Below the pieces are notes generated by a model that was not told the origin of the DNA, ran no database searches, and saw nothing but the letters and a program-made list of their open reading frames with translations. Made by a program: the position numbers and the translations under genes. Below are positions 9,691-18,865 of a DNA stretch of 64,000 nt, in pieces (positions within the stretch are counted from its first letter, which is position 1; every line of letters starts with the position of its first letter). The stretch comes from Candidatus Amesbacteria bacterium GW2011_GWB1_47_19 (GTDB lineage Bacteria > Patescibacteriota > Microgenomatia > CAZETR01 > Amesbacteraceae), in the NCBI GenBank assembly GCA_001002325.1, contig LCNZ01000006.1:130-64129 (forward strand). The letters are read 5' to 3'.

Positions 9691-10602
9691 TTATTCAGCC
9701 TGGAAAGAACCGAATCCCAGATTGCCGGTATAGTAATCCAACACCCCCCGCCGTTGCCAAGGCCGTCCGGACAGGTAGAGCCGGATGGATTCCCTAACCA
9801 GGGCAATTCTGGTTCTTAAAGGAGCATAGCGCAACCCGAACAGGAGACGATTACGGGCAATGTAGTAGTCCTGCAGGGAAGAGCCGACGCCTGCAGAGTG
9901 GGCATTGATATGCCAGGCTACGGCCTGGCTGACGTACATCAATTTCCAGTGATGCCTTTTGGCCTTCTGGCAGAAATCATTTTCCTCGTAATATAAAAAA
10001 TATTTCGGGTCGAAGAAGCCTATGTCATTTATTACCCGATTTCTAATAAACATACAGGCACCGGTAATGAAATCGGTCTCTATGTCGTGGTCATATTGGC
10101 CTTTGTCAACCTGATCGACTCCCCGGTGGGCGGCGATGAGATTCGGCCAATCCATATTCCCACCGGCATACCACAATACATTACCCCGGTCGCTATCAAG
10201 ATACCTTTCCTGATGGAACTCGTGGCCAGGGGAAAAATAGATTTTTGGGCCGAATATCCCCGCACTTCTGTCTTTTTCAGCTGCAGCCAGCAAGTGCAAT
10301 AAACAGTTTGTATCCACCGTAACATCCGGGTTGATAATCCAGATAAAAGAGGCCTTGTTTTCCAATGCATCACGGATACCAATGTTGTTGCCTTCAGCGT
10401 AACCCAGATTGCGGGTATTGGTAATTAGTTTGATGCGGGGAAATTTTTGTCTGACAACATCGGCAGATTGGTCAGAGGAATTGTTGTCTATGACGGTAAT
10501 TTGCAGATCGTGCGAAGCCGTTTTTACACGAAGCAGGGATTCGAGGCAGGCCGGGATATAATCACGGGAATTGTAAGCCAGTACTACGGCGGCTATGTTC
10601 AT
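9691..10602 (-). CDS. GT2 family glycosyltransferase
   Basis: 'AAVVLAYNSRDYI', 'ITVIDNNSSDQS' and 'YYEENDFC' motifs. The ATG at 10602 forms an ATGA overlap with the upstream gene's stop; the ORF track's GTG at 10629 is less likely. Confidence 0.75.
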   Translation of the reverse strand: MNIAAVVLAYNSRDYIPACLESLLRVKTASHDLQITVIDNNSSDQSADVVRQKFPRIKLITNTRNLGYAEGNNIGIRDALENKASFIWIINPDVTVDTNCLLHLLAAAEKDRSAGIFGPKIYFSPGHEFHQERYLDSDRGNVLWYAGGNMDWPNLIAAHRGVDQVDKGQYDHDIETDFITGACMFIRNRVINDIGFFDPKYFLYYEENDFCQKAKRHHWKLMYVSQAVAWHINAHSAGVGSSLQDYYIARNRLLFGLRYAPLRTRIALVRESIRLYLSGRPWQRRGVLDYYTGNLGFGSFQAE

Positions 10603-11501
10603 ACCTTCAGACGACGAATGAATTTCCACCAGGGTTTGAGAACAAAGGGAGCGGAGTCAATTTTTGACTGGTAATACCACCATGACAGCTCGTTATTCGT
10701 TTTTCGTAATTCGTTATTTAAATCCCCGGGAGTAAATTTATTTTGGGGGAATTTAAGTGTCTCCCAGAATTTTAAATACAAGACCAGTTCTGAATAAGCC
10801 TGCAGTAAAGACAAAGCCAAACCGTGTAGTCCTTCCGAGTACCCACGTCTGGCAAAGTACTGCGAGAGAAATTCTTTAACCGGATAAACGATCAGATCTG
10901 CAGGCGAAAAACGATGGTTATTGTCATGTAAATGCCGCAATTGGTGATCGGTATAGCGATTGATCCGATCCAGGTACTGGCTGACCGAATCGTAATGGTG
11001 ATGAATGATGGCTAAAGACTCATGTGACGGGAGATCCTCACCCCGACCTCTGGTAAACGGGACACTATGAATGGTATCTTCCCAGGTGATATGGCCTTTT
11101 TTGAATAATCGATAGACATAATCCGGCCACCAATGCTGGCTTTTAATCCATTTATTAAAAATAATATTTTTCCGGGGCAGGCGATAATAATCTACGTCAG
11201 ACCGGGAAATAAGCGATTTTATTTTTTGTCCTAGTCCGGAAGGAATCTCTTCATCAGCATCCAGGAGCAAAACCCAGTCATTTTTAGCTTTGGAGATAGA
11301 ATAATTGCGCATCGGCTCCACGAAGCCGGAATGAGCGTGGGAATATACCGTACAACCTAATTTTGTGGCGACTTGTTTAGTGCCGTCGGTCGATGACTGG
11401 TCCACAACTACTACTATTTCATCCGCCAGTTTGCGGACTGATTCAACAACCCGTGGGAGATTTTGGGCCTCATTCCAGGCAGTGATAACAACCGAAAGCA
11501 T
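10599..11501 (-). CDS. GT2 family glycosyltransferase
   Basis: 'LSVVITAWNEAQNL', 'IVVVVDQSSTDGT' and 'LLLDADEEI' motifs. Confidence 0.8.
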   Translation of the reverse strand: MLSVVITAWNEAQNLPRVVESVRKLADEIVVVVDQSSTDGTKQVATKLGCTVYSHAHSGFVEPMRNYSISKAKNDWVLLLDADEEIPSGLGQKIKSLISRSDVDYYRLPRKNIIFNKWIKSQHWWPDYVYRLFKKGHITWEDTIHSVPFTRGRGEDLPSHESLAIIHHHYDSVSQYLDRINRYTDHQLRHLHDNNHRFSPADLIVYPVKEFLSQYFARRGYSEGLHGLALSLLQAYSELVLYLKFWETLKFPQNKFTPGDLNNELRKTNNELSWWYYQSKIDSAPFVLKPWWKFIRRLKV

Positions 11502-11582
11502 AGCTTCTGACTTTGTATTATCGGTGTTTCTAATAAATAATTCAAATCGGCCCTAAGCCAAATCCGTTTTATAATACAGTTT

Positions 11583-13058
11583 ATGCGAATCATTAAAATT
11601 CTTATAACCGGAGTGGTTTGCGGTTTAATTTTATTTCACACCTGGCCGCTTAAAATAATCAGTGTCGACAGCATTCCCAAGGTGGGCGAAACGTTTGATG
11701 AATATGCCGTCCTGTGGTCAGGAATGAGCCTGGCAAACGGGGGGCTGCCTGTAGGGTGGACGACGAATTTGGGCGCGTACAGTCCGAATTTTCCGGGGAG
11801 CAGTCTGAAGGGTACGAATCTGGAAGTGCAGGGAAAAACACCGAATTGGACCCGGATTAAAAATGTTCCTATGCCGGGAATTGCGGTAGTGGAATATGAT
11901 TACGGTTTGGGGAAAAAACAGATTGCCCTTGTCCAGCCGTATTTTGACCATCCGCCGCTGGCGGGGCTGATTTACACATGGGGAGCGAAAAATGACAACA
12001 AATCCCTGATTGATATTACACCGGATCAATTGCGGGCGATCCCCCGTTACGTCAGTCTGGTAACTGCGGGTTTGACTGGTATTCTGGGATATCTGTTATA
12101 CGGAGCGACAGGCGGAATTGCTGCGGTCGCCCTTTATTCAACCATGCCGTCGACTGTATTTTCCGGTAGGATGGTGCTGACTGAGAACGTGATCAGCCCC
12201 CTGATGTTGCTGGCTATGATTATCCTGAAGCTGGCAAAAAGCCGCGGGAATGTCAAATTATTTGCCGGTGCGGGATTAGTATCCGGGGCGGCGATGCTGT
12301 CTAAATTCCCGGGAATAGGGGTGTTGGTAGCCGGTGTAGTCTGGGGAGTTAAAGAAAAAATCAGCTGGAAATACCTAATAATATTTCTAGCCAGCGGGCT
12401 GTTCATCGGAGGGTTATATGTCATATACGGTTTATGGATTGCCCCTCAACTATTTATACGGGTGATGCTGGCTCAAGCGGGCAGGGGACTGTGGGGGACT
12501 GTCAACCTCTGGGAAGCGGTTGGCAGGCTGTGGTTTTTGGATTTTCCCATCGACGGCTGGTGGATCGGAGGATGGCTGGTACTGATCTATCTGGGGACAA
12601 AAGCTGCCCATTTTTTGCCGGTGATTTTTGCTGCCACCTATATCCTGTCCGTCACCTTATTTGGCGGGGGAAATTCAGCCTGGTATTTCTTCCCTTTGGG
12701 GGCAGTGTTTTGCCTGTTGTGGGCGGGATTGATTAATGAAATCCGACTGAAACCGAACTGGATCAACTTGGGATTGCTTTTCTTTTTCGGATTTTCCAGC
12801 AGCTGGTATTGGGGTTACGCCCAGTATCACACGGCCGGCAATCCGACGAATATCATCCGGATAGGAGCATTAGTTCTGGTGATGCTAAAAATAATCGGGG
12901 AGAGATGGGGTAATAAATTTAATTGGAGCACCCTAATCTGGCCGATATTATTAGTGATTATTCTGCACCGGATGTATGTATGGAATTTCAGGGGTATCCA
13001 GTACCTGCTAACTAATTGGAGCCGACTCCCCTACCCCAGTGCATTTAGCAAACAATAG
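11583..13058 (+). CDS. GT-C fold membrane glycosyltransferase-like protein (ArnT/PMT-like)
   Basis: 491 aa. An N-terminal TM is followed by a ~110-aa extracytoplasmic segment and about 10 further TM helices. Confidence 0.4.
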   Translation: MRIIKILITGVVCGLILFHTWPLKIISVDSIPKVGETFDEYAVLWSGMSLANGGLPVGWTTNLGAYSPNFPGSSLKGTNLEVQGKTPNWTRIKNVPMPGIAVVEYDYGLGKKQIALVQPYFDHPPLAGLIYTWGAKNDNKSLIDITPDQLRAIPRYVSLVTAGLTGILGYLLYGATGGIAAVALYSTMPSTVFSGRMVLTENVISPLMLLAMIILKLAKSRGNVKLFAGAGLVSGAAMLSKFPGIGVLVAGVVWGVKEKISWKYLIIFLASGLFIGGLYVIYGLWIAPQLFIRVMLAQAGRGLWGTVNLWEAVGRLWFLDFPIDGWWIGGWLVLIYLGTKAAHFLPVIFAATYILSVTLFGGGNSAWYFFPLGAVFCLLWAGLINEIRLKPNWINLGLLFFFGFSSSWYWGYAQYHTAGNPTNIIRIGALVLVMLKIIGERWGNKFNWSTLIWPILLVIILHRMYVWNFRGIQYLLTNWSRLPYPSAFSKQ

Positions 13059-13076
13059 GGATTTACCGGAAAGGTG

Positions 13077-14741
13077 CTAGTTCCCGGCCCAGACGGCGAC
13101 TTGGGTGTTTTCAAAGACCGTCTTCATCCCCATTTCCCCTGCTCCCAGCCGCGGGTGCATACGGGCCACATCGGGAAGATACAGGTAGCGGATATTCCGG
13201 CCCTGGAGGAAGCCGCGGGCGGCGGAAGCATCGGTAGTGGTGAAAAAATCCTCGAGTTCCTGTCTGGCGGAACGCCAGTCGTAGCCGGTAATGTCCAGGT
13301 TGATTTCGTCCTCCAGAAAAACCGGGTGTCCCCCAAAAGCCGAAACGTAGGCTGTGGATTCATACAAGTAGAGAGGTTTGGGAGGGGGGAAATCAGACCG
13401 GGTGAAAACCGGAGTAAGGACCACTCCCGGAGGCTGACGGGAGAGAAAATCCAAGGCCAGGATTTCGGATTGGGGAATCATGGCCGGTGGTCGTGAAGGC
13501 AGGTAATGATGGAGAGTGTCATAGGTGGTGGGCAATGTCAGCCCAATTACCAATATCCAAATTCCAATTCTTAAAAAATTGCTAAATTTCACGATTTTCA
13601 AAATATTTGAGACGGCTACACCGGCGAGAATTCCTGCGAATACCTGGGAGTAATAGAAGAACTGGATGGTGTTCCAGGGGGTTCCGGTCTGAATAAAAAG
13701 TAGAGGGAACAAAATTCCCAATATTATCCCCTGCCCCAGAAAAACGTAGGGCAGAGACAGACCATGATTATCACGGATCAAACAGAAAATCGAAACGATT
13801 CTGGTACCTAAGTTGCCTACGATAAATATGCAAAATGCCGCTATAACTGCAATCGAATATTTCATCCAGTCGCCGGTGGCAAAGTTGTTTACCATGACCT
13901 GATGAAGATATGGCCAGTTCAGCCTGTCCGAAAATCCGGTAAGCGTTTCTAAAAACCAAAAGGGCTTCCAGACGAGCAAATTTGCAGAGGCCTGGTTGAA
14001 GGGGAAAAATAGCAGAGAAAAGATAGCACCGGAAGCCAGCAGTACCCGGAGCGTAAATGTCTCTCGATATCGAATCCAGTCAAACATACCCCATATCAAC
14101 AAACCAGAAAAACTGATCACACCGGCATAAATCTTTACCCAGCCGGTTACAGCGAAAACCAGGACCGCCGGCCAGAATCTCTTTCTTTGAAAGCTCAGCA
14201 AACCTATCAAAATCAGAAGAACGGATAAAGCAAACGGCGGATTGATAAGAGTGGAAATGGCTTGCTGGGACCAAAACATAGACTCACCTCCGAGACGACC
14301 AGAACGAAGCCAGGAAACCAGCCAACCCCAGCTGCCACCAAAATATATAAAAAAAGCGGACCACCAGGCGGCTGTTTTGTCTCTGCACCAGCGAAGAACC
14401 AGACTATAAACGGCTAAACCTGTCAAAATTGAAATTACGGGAGGTAATACCTGAAAATAGATCCTGGAGACAGGCAGGCTGGTCAGACGAAAAATGACTG
14501 CAAGAAGAAAGTCGAATCCCAGATGATAGTTGCGGATATTTTCACCCGCAAAGATCGGCATTTGCAGAGTTCCCCGGGAGAGACCTGAGGCCAGGGAAAT
14601 ATGCCACACCCCATCGTGGCCGTTTGGTCCCCAGAATCCAATACCGTAGTCATAAACCAGACCGCTTTTGACCATGGTGGCGGACCATACCAGGGAACCA
14701 CAGAGAATTAAACCCCATTTAGCTTTTTTTGACCAGGGCAT
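13077..14741 (-). CDS. polytopic membrane protein, putative GT-C glycosyltransferase
   Basis: 554 aa with about 12 TM helices. A C-terminal ~150-aa soluble domain is likely extracytoplasmic. Confidence 0.4.
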   Translation of the reverse strand: MPWSKKAKWGLILCGSLVWSATMVKSGLVYDYGIGFWGPNGHDGVWHISLASGLSRGTLQMPIFAGENIRNYHLGFDFLLAVIFRLTSLPVSRIYFQVLPPVISILTGLAVYSLVLRWCRDKTAAWWSAFFIYFGGSWGWLVSWLRSGRLGGESMFWSQQAISTLINPPFALSVLLILIGLLSFQRKRFWPAVLVFAVTGWVKIYAGVISFSGLLIWGMFDWIRYRETFTLRVLLASGAIFSLLFFPFNQASANLLVWKPFWFLETLTGFSDRLNWPYLHQVMVNNFATGDWMKYSIAVIAAFCIFIVGNLGTRIVSIFCLIRDNHGLSLPYVFLGQGIILGILFPLLFIQTGTPWNTIQFFYYSQVFAGILAGVAVSNILKIVKFSNFLRIGIWILVIGLTLPTTYDTLHHYLPSRPPAMIPQSEILALDFLSRQPPGVVLTPVFTRSDFPPPKPLYLYESTAYVSAFGGHPVFLEDEINLDITGYDWRSARQELEDFFTTTDASAARGFLQGRNIRYLYLPDVARMHPRLGAGEMGMKTVFENTQVAVWAGN

Positions 14742-16197
14742 GGAAAAATTTTTGACCGTCAGCTATCAAAGACGATCCGACCAATAAATAAACCGCCAGA
14801 ATGTATACAAGTCCGGAAATTAAACAATTTAAAATTAAATTAGTCAAAGTAGCGGAAAGAATAACAGATAAAGAAACTGATGCGGTCAACATGGAAAGGG
14901 TGGCAATAGCGGTCTTGCCGAAACTATTTAATATATTAAAGTGAGTGAGTCTAAGGGCGATTATTATCGGGACTATAGATGATAATGCAATAATACCTGA
15001 GGCGTATGCTACACCAATATATCCATATTTTACGGCAAAGGGCGGGATAAGAAGCCAAGTCAATACAGTCCACATCATCATCAGGAACGAATTGTACTTA
15101 ACCTTGCCGACGGCATTAAAATAATTGGTTATCGGGGTTGAAACCGCCGCCCAGGCGCTCCCGAAACAAAATATTATCAATGGGATCAGTGCCGCTTCCC
15201 ATTTACCGTACTGGGGAATTATCCGGATTAATTGAGGAGCAATGGCTGCCATACCACCAACTACAGGGAAAGTAATTAAAGTGATGAAAAAGAGAGTTTT
15301 TTCCAGAGCCGAACGCAGTTGTTGGGGCTGATCCTGAAGTCGGGCGTAGGCCGGAAACGTGACTTTGGTGACATTGTCCATTACAAACCGCAGGGGTTTT
15401 TGGGACCAGGTCTGAGCCCATCCGATGATTCCGATCCCATCCGCCCCAATTATCTTCCAGAGAAAAATGTTTAATAAACGGTCTTTGATAACAGCCATGA
15501 AAGTGTTGATCTGAAATGGTAAACCGAAAGACAAGAGGGTTTTGAGTGAAGTGACAGAGACGGACAATCCTAATTTCCAGGGGGCCAGCCAGTAGATTAG
15601 GATCGTTCCGACCAATCCCCGTAAAATAACAGCCCAGGCATATGCGGTAACTCCCCTGCCCTGCCAGGCTAACAGCACCGCAACAAAGTAGAAAACCAGA
15701 GTTTCCGCGACTTCGACCGCAGCCAATGTTTTGAATTGGAGATGACGCTCCAATATGACCGAGGGAATGGTTTTCAGGGAAGCCAGGAAGAACGCAGCTA
15801 ACAGCGAATATAAAAGCCACATGCCGGAGCCGGAGATGTGGTAATAAGCTGAAATCCGGGGGGTGAGTGAAAGAGTAATTATAAGAAGTAAAATTACCAA
15901 TACCTGCTGCAGGGTGAAGGTGGTGCGCAGGTCGGTGAGGGTGACTTTGGCTTTTTTCTGAATCAGAGAGGCAGCCAAACCGATGTCCGAAAAATAACCC
16001 AGTATTGACACCAAATCATTGACGGCAATAAAGAGACCGATTTCGGGACGACCTAAAAAGACGGACAACAGAAAAAAACCGATGGTGGAGACAATCTGCA
16101 GGATAAAAGAGCGGCTGATAAGGGTAACAACGCCGGATAAAGATCTGGCTTTGACAGTATCCAGATCGATGTCCACCAGGGTTATCTCATCATCCAT
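14719..16197 (-). CDS. Wzx-like oligosaccharide/polysaccharide flippase (MOP superfamily)
   Basis: 492 aa with 12-14 TM helices. The N-terminal pattern 'SRSFILQIVSTIGFFLLSVFLGRPEIGLF...SDIGLAASLIQ' is typical of PST/Wzx flippases. Confidence 0.65.
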   Translation of the reverse strand: MDDEITLVDIDLDTVKARSLSGVVTLISRSFILQIVSTIGFFLLSVFLGRPEIGLFIAVNDLVSILGYFSDIGLAASLIQKKAKVTLTDLRTTFTLQQVLVILLLIITLSLTPRISAYYHISGSGMWLLYSLLAAFFLASLKTIPSVILERHLQFKTLAAVEVAETLVFYFVAVLLAWQGRGVTAYAWAVILRGLVGTILIYWLAPWKLGLSVSVTSLKTLLSFGLPFQINTFMAVIKDRLLNIFLWKIIGADGIGIIGWAQTWSQKPLRFVMDNVTKVTFPAYARLQDQPQQLRSALEKTLFFITLITFPVVGGMAAIAPQLIRIIPQYGKWEAALIPLIIFCFGSAWAAVSTPITNYFNAVGKVKYNSFLMMMWTVLTWLLIPPFAVKYGYIGVAYASGIIALSSIVPIIIALRLTHFNILNSFGKTAIATLSMLTASVSLSVILSATLTNLILNCLISGLVYILAVYLLVGSSLIADGQKFFHALVKKS

Positions 16198-16219
16198 AGC
16201 TTCATTTTAACTCATAATT

Positions 16220-16468
16220 ATGATATTGTTCTTTCCCATGGAGAATGTACCATGTATCAGCAAACCTGAAATGGACTGTCGCCGGTGTCATAACAAAGGA
16301 GCTTCCGGAAACCTAATAAATTTTTTGGCAGTTAGATATGGGATTAGTGAAGATGAAGTGGTAGAGGGAATTCGAGCAGGGGGAGGATTATTAACTGAAT
16401 TTAAAAATCGAATAACAGAAGTGTTTCCTGATGGGGGCGCTTGCACACGCAAAGATTGTATAGATTAG
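16220..16468 (+). CDS. hypothetical small Cys-containing protein; uncertain ORF
   Basis: An 82-aa ORF in the gap between the flippase start and the left REP-like repeat. No family recognised. It may be spurious or element-associated. Confidence 0.2.
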   Translation: MILFFPMENVPCISKPEMDCRRCHNKGASGNLINFLAVRYGISEDEVVEGIRAGGGLLTEFKNRITEVFPDGGACTRKDCID

Positions 16469-16473
16469 CCTCA

Positions 16474-16515
16474 AAAGAGGTCCTCTTGTGAGGTTGACGC
16501 CTCCTATAGTATTAT
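16474..16515. repeat. REP-like repeat, left copy flanking the RAYT gene
   Basis: Contains 'aagaggtcctcttgtgagg', whose 'aagagg-tc-cctctt' is palindromic, followed by '..gcgcc..tatagtat'. A second copy lies at 17218-17257. Confidence 0.7.
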
Positions 16516-16523
16516 GGCTGATA

Positions 16524-17210
16524 TTAATCGAGTGTGAGGCGGGAAATTGTTTCTGATTCGACAGGTGACAAAATAAAATCTGCGTAGGAATTGGCGTATC
16601 TGTTTTTTGAAAAAAACTTCAGGAGAAACTCTTTACATATCCACTTTGACTGAAGACCGTTAATGTAATCGGCCAAAGAACTAGGATACGGCACCTCTCG
16701 CCATCTGGTTACGGGATAACTCATCCACTTAACAGGGTTCAGGTGAATATATTTTGACAGATACAATAGCTGCTCTTCGCTGGAAACCAGTACGGCTTTA
16801 TACACATCCTGGAATAATACACCGGTTCTTTGGTATTTCTTATTAAAGTACATAGCATACCTGGTACCAAGGGAATTGGTGAAACTATTAATAACACTTT
16901 CTTTCTGTTTAACCAGAAGATGGAAGTGGTTCGGTAGAAGGGCGTAGCTTAGTAATTCAATCTGACCGAAATAATTTTTAAGCCTGACTAATTTCTTGGC
17001 CTGGTCTTTTTGCTTCCCTGATGATCCTGGTGAAGTGACAATGTTTTGAAGCAAGGTATTGTCCTTGGGTGAAAGATAGTTTTCCAAGTAGGAAAGGAAG
17101 ACAGAATAATCCTGCTCGTCCAGAAATATACTGCGTTTTTCAACCCCACGATTGTAAATGTGGTAAAAGGAATCCTGGAGATATAATTTTACAGAGTTTT
17201 TTGAGGCCAT
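16524..17210 (-). CDS. IS200/IS605-type Y1 HUH transposase, RAYT-like
   Basis: 'YHIYNRGVEKRSIF' and the HuH motif 'LPNHFHLLV' are diagnostic of PF01797 / COG1943 transposases. Confidence 0.75.
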   Translation of the reverse strand: MASKNSVKLYLQDSFYHIYNRGVEKRSIFLDEQDYSVFLSYLENYLSPKDNTLLQNIVTSPGSSGKQKDQAKKLVRLKNYFGQIELLSYALLPNHFHLLVKQKESVINSFTNSLGTRYAMYFNKKYQRTGVLFQDVYKAVLVSSEEQLLYLSKYIHLNPVKWMSYPVTRWREVPYPSSLADYINGLQSKWICKEFLLKFFSKNRYANSYADFILSPVESETISRLTLD

Positions 17211-18865
17211 AGCTTCGCAAGAGGTCCTCTTGTGAGGCTGGGGGCGCCTATAGTATAGATGAGCAATAACCAGGACAGGAGGGAAAGGGAGTTGCCGATG
17301 GTGCGAACGGGAGTGTTGGTGAAACGGGCAGTTAAAATGTGAACGCCGGTGTTCATATCCACCTGCATCCGGCCTAATAATTTGTCCCGGGCGGGATCAA
17401 TTGGTACGGGACTGCCGTCTACCCAGATTTTCCAACCCGGAAAGTAAAAGGTTTGCAGTTCGACTACTGCCCCCGGGGAAGTGATGTCTATTTGATATTG
17501 CTGAAAATTAGTTTTTTTACTGATGCGTCGAAACGAACCCTCACCCCCGGTAATATTCAGGTCGTCACCGGCGGCATCCGGAGGCGGCAAGGGAGCCCAA
17601 ATCGGCAGGTAATCAAATATTCCGGACGTGACTAACAACCGCCACGAATTGCCGGAAAACTTAGTGGCATCGGTGGCATCAGGATACCAGAGACGGGGAC
17701 GGAAAAAGCCGGCATTAAGCAGGAGCAAGAGTAAGAATAAGAGGATGAGAATTTTTTTTGAAAATATCAAAATGACCGCCCCGGAAATAAAGGAGGTGAA
17801 AAAAACCGCCAGTGTCAGGAAACGCCAGGGGAACTGCAGATACTCCAGGGGTTTTATCAGCTGCCAAACAGGAATAGACCGGGTATGGGACATGAATAAG
17901 CTGAATAGCATAGTCAAGGTCAGTAATATCAACAAAGAAGCATGGCTTCGGATTTTTTTTGAAAACAGCAGGGAAATAATTATCACTGCCGGTATTATCC
18001 AGTGAAGATACCCCAGGGAAAAACTCATGGTGTCCCCCGGCCCGTTGATGGATTCGCCGTAACCCCAGTAATTACGGATGAATATCTGGTAGAGATTCAA
18101 AAAATGGGCCAGGTAATTGAAATAGCCGATGATCAGAGTCTGTACGTGGGCGTATTTTTGTTCGAATACTACCGGGAGAGTGAAAAAGGCTGATAAACCA
18201 GCTGCCCAGATGGCACTGACAGCCAGCGGAAATAAAGATCTGACTGACCTGAACTTCCACCACCAGTAAATAATCCAAATAAGCAAAAAGGGGGCAAAAA
18301 TCATCAGCATAGGATTATGGGATAGCATGAGACAGGCAACAGACAGCGAAAGAAGTGGAATCCACTTTTTTTGAGCGGTGGCTATAAGTTTATAGGAAGT
18401 GAAGAAAATCGCCGGGTAAAAAGCCATCGCCCAAAATTCGTTCATCGCTCCCCGGACATAGAAATCCAAAGAGTGGTACGGAGCGTAGGTATAAAAGGCC
18501 GCGCTGACCAGACCCCCCGAACGACCCCAAAACTTCTTCCCTAAAAGATACATAAACCAGGCTGTCAGAATAAAACCCAGGATACCTACAGCTTTGACAG
18601 TATCCAGATAGGACAATCCTGACCAGTGGAAGATTTGACCGATGTAATATGGTAAGGGAGGGTAATAGTTGAACAACGGATAGCCAAACCCATAACCTAA
18701 ATCCGAAACCCAGCGGCAGGGAATTTGTAAATCATTCAAACACTTTTGCATCTGAAGCTGGCGCATACCTTGCAGGTCATCGTGCATGGTGAAATATCCG
18801 GGCTGGATCAAGCCGGCGAAAGCCGGCAGAATCAGCAGTAACAGGATCAGCAGATCTTTTTTCAT
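17189..18865 (-). CDS. PF10131/COG5617-like integral membrane protein (GT-C fold, putative glycosyltransferase)
   Basis: 558 aa. It has an N-terminal 'HDDLQGMRQLQ...PCRWVSDLGYGFGYPLFNYYPPLPYY' hallmark loop and about 12 TM helices. The last ~15 codons overlap the REP-like repeat and the RAYT start. Confidence 0.5.
   Translation of the reverse strand: MKKDLLILLLLILPAFAGLIQPGYFTMHDDLQGMRQLQMQKCLNDLQIPCRWVSDLGYGFGYPLFNYYPPLPYYIGQIFHWSGLSYLDTVKAVGILGFILTAWFMYLLGKKFWGRSGGLVSAAFYTYAPYHSLDFYVRGAMNEFWAMAFYPAIFFTSYKLIATAQKKWIPLLSLSVACLMLSHNPMLMIFAPFLLIWIIYWWWKFRSVRSLFPLAVSAIWAAGLSAFFTLPVVFEQKYAHVQTLIIGYFNYLAHFLNLYQIFIRNYWGYGESINGPGDTMSFSLGYLHWIIPAVIIISLLFSKKIRSHASLLILLTLTMLFSLFMSHTRSIPVWQLIKPLEYLQFPWRFLTLAVFFTSFISGAVILIFSKKILILLFLLLLLLNAGFFRPRLWYPDATDATKFSGNSWRLLVTSGIFDYLPIWAPLPPPDAAGDDLNITGGEGSFRRISKKTNFQQYQIDITSPGAVVELQTFYFPGWKIWVDGSPVPIDPARDKLLGRMQVDMNTGVHILTARFTNTPVRTIGNSLSLLSWLLLIYTIGAPSLTRGPLAKLWPQKTL
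17218..17257. repeat. REP-like repeat, right copy flanking the RAYT gene
   Basis: 'caagaggtcctcttgtgaggctgggggcgcctatagtat' shares a 19-nt identical core plus the 'tatagtat' tail with the copy at 16474-16515, in direct orientation. Confidence 0.7.

Larger units (their letters stand above)
16474..17257 (-). mobile_element. RAYT/REP-type mini-element: transposase gene bracketed by REP-like repeats
   Basis: The gene at 16524-17210 sits between two repeat copies. The right copy lies inside the 3' coding end of the adjacent membrane-protein gene. Confidence 0.55.
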
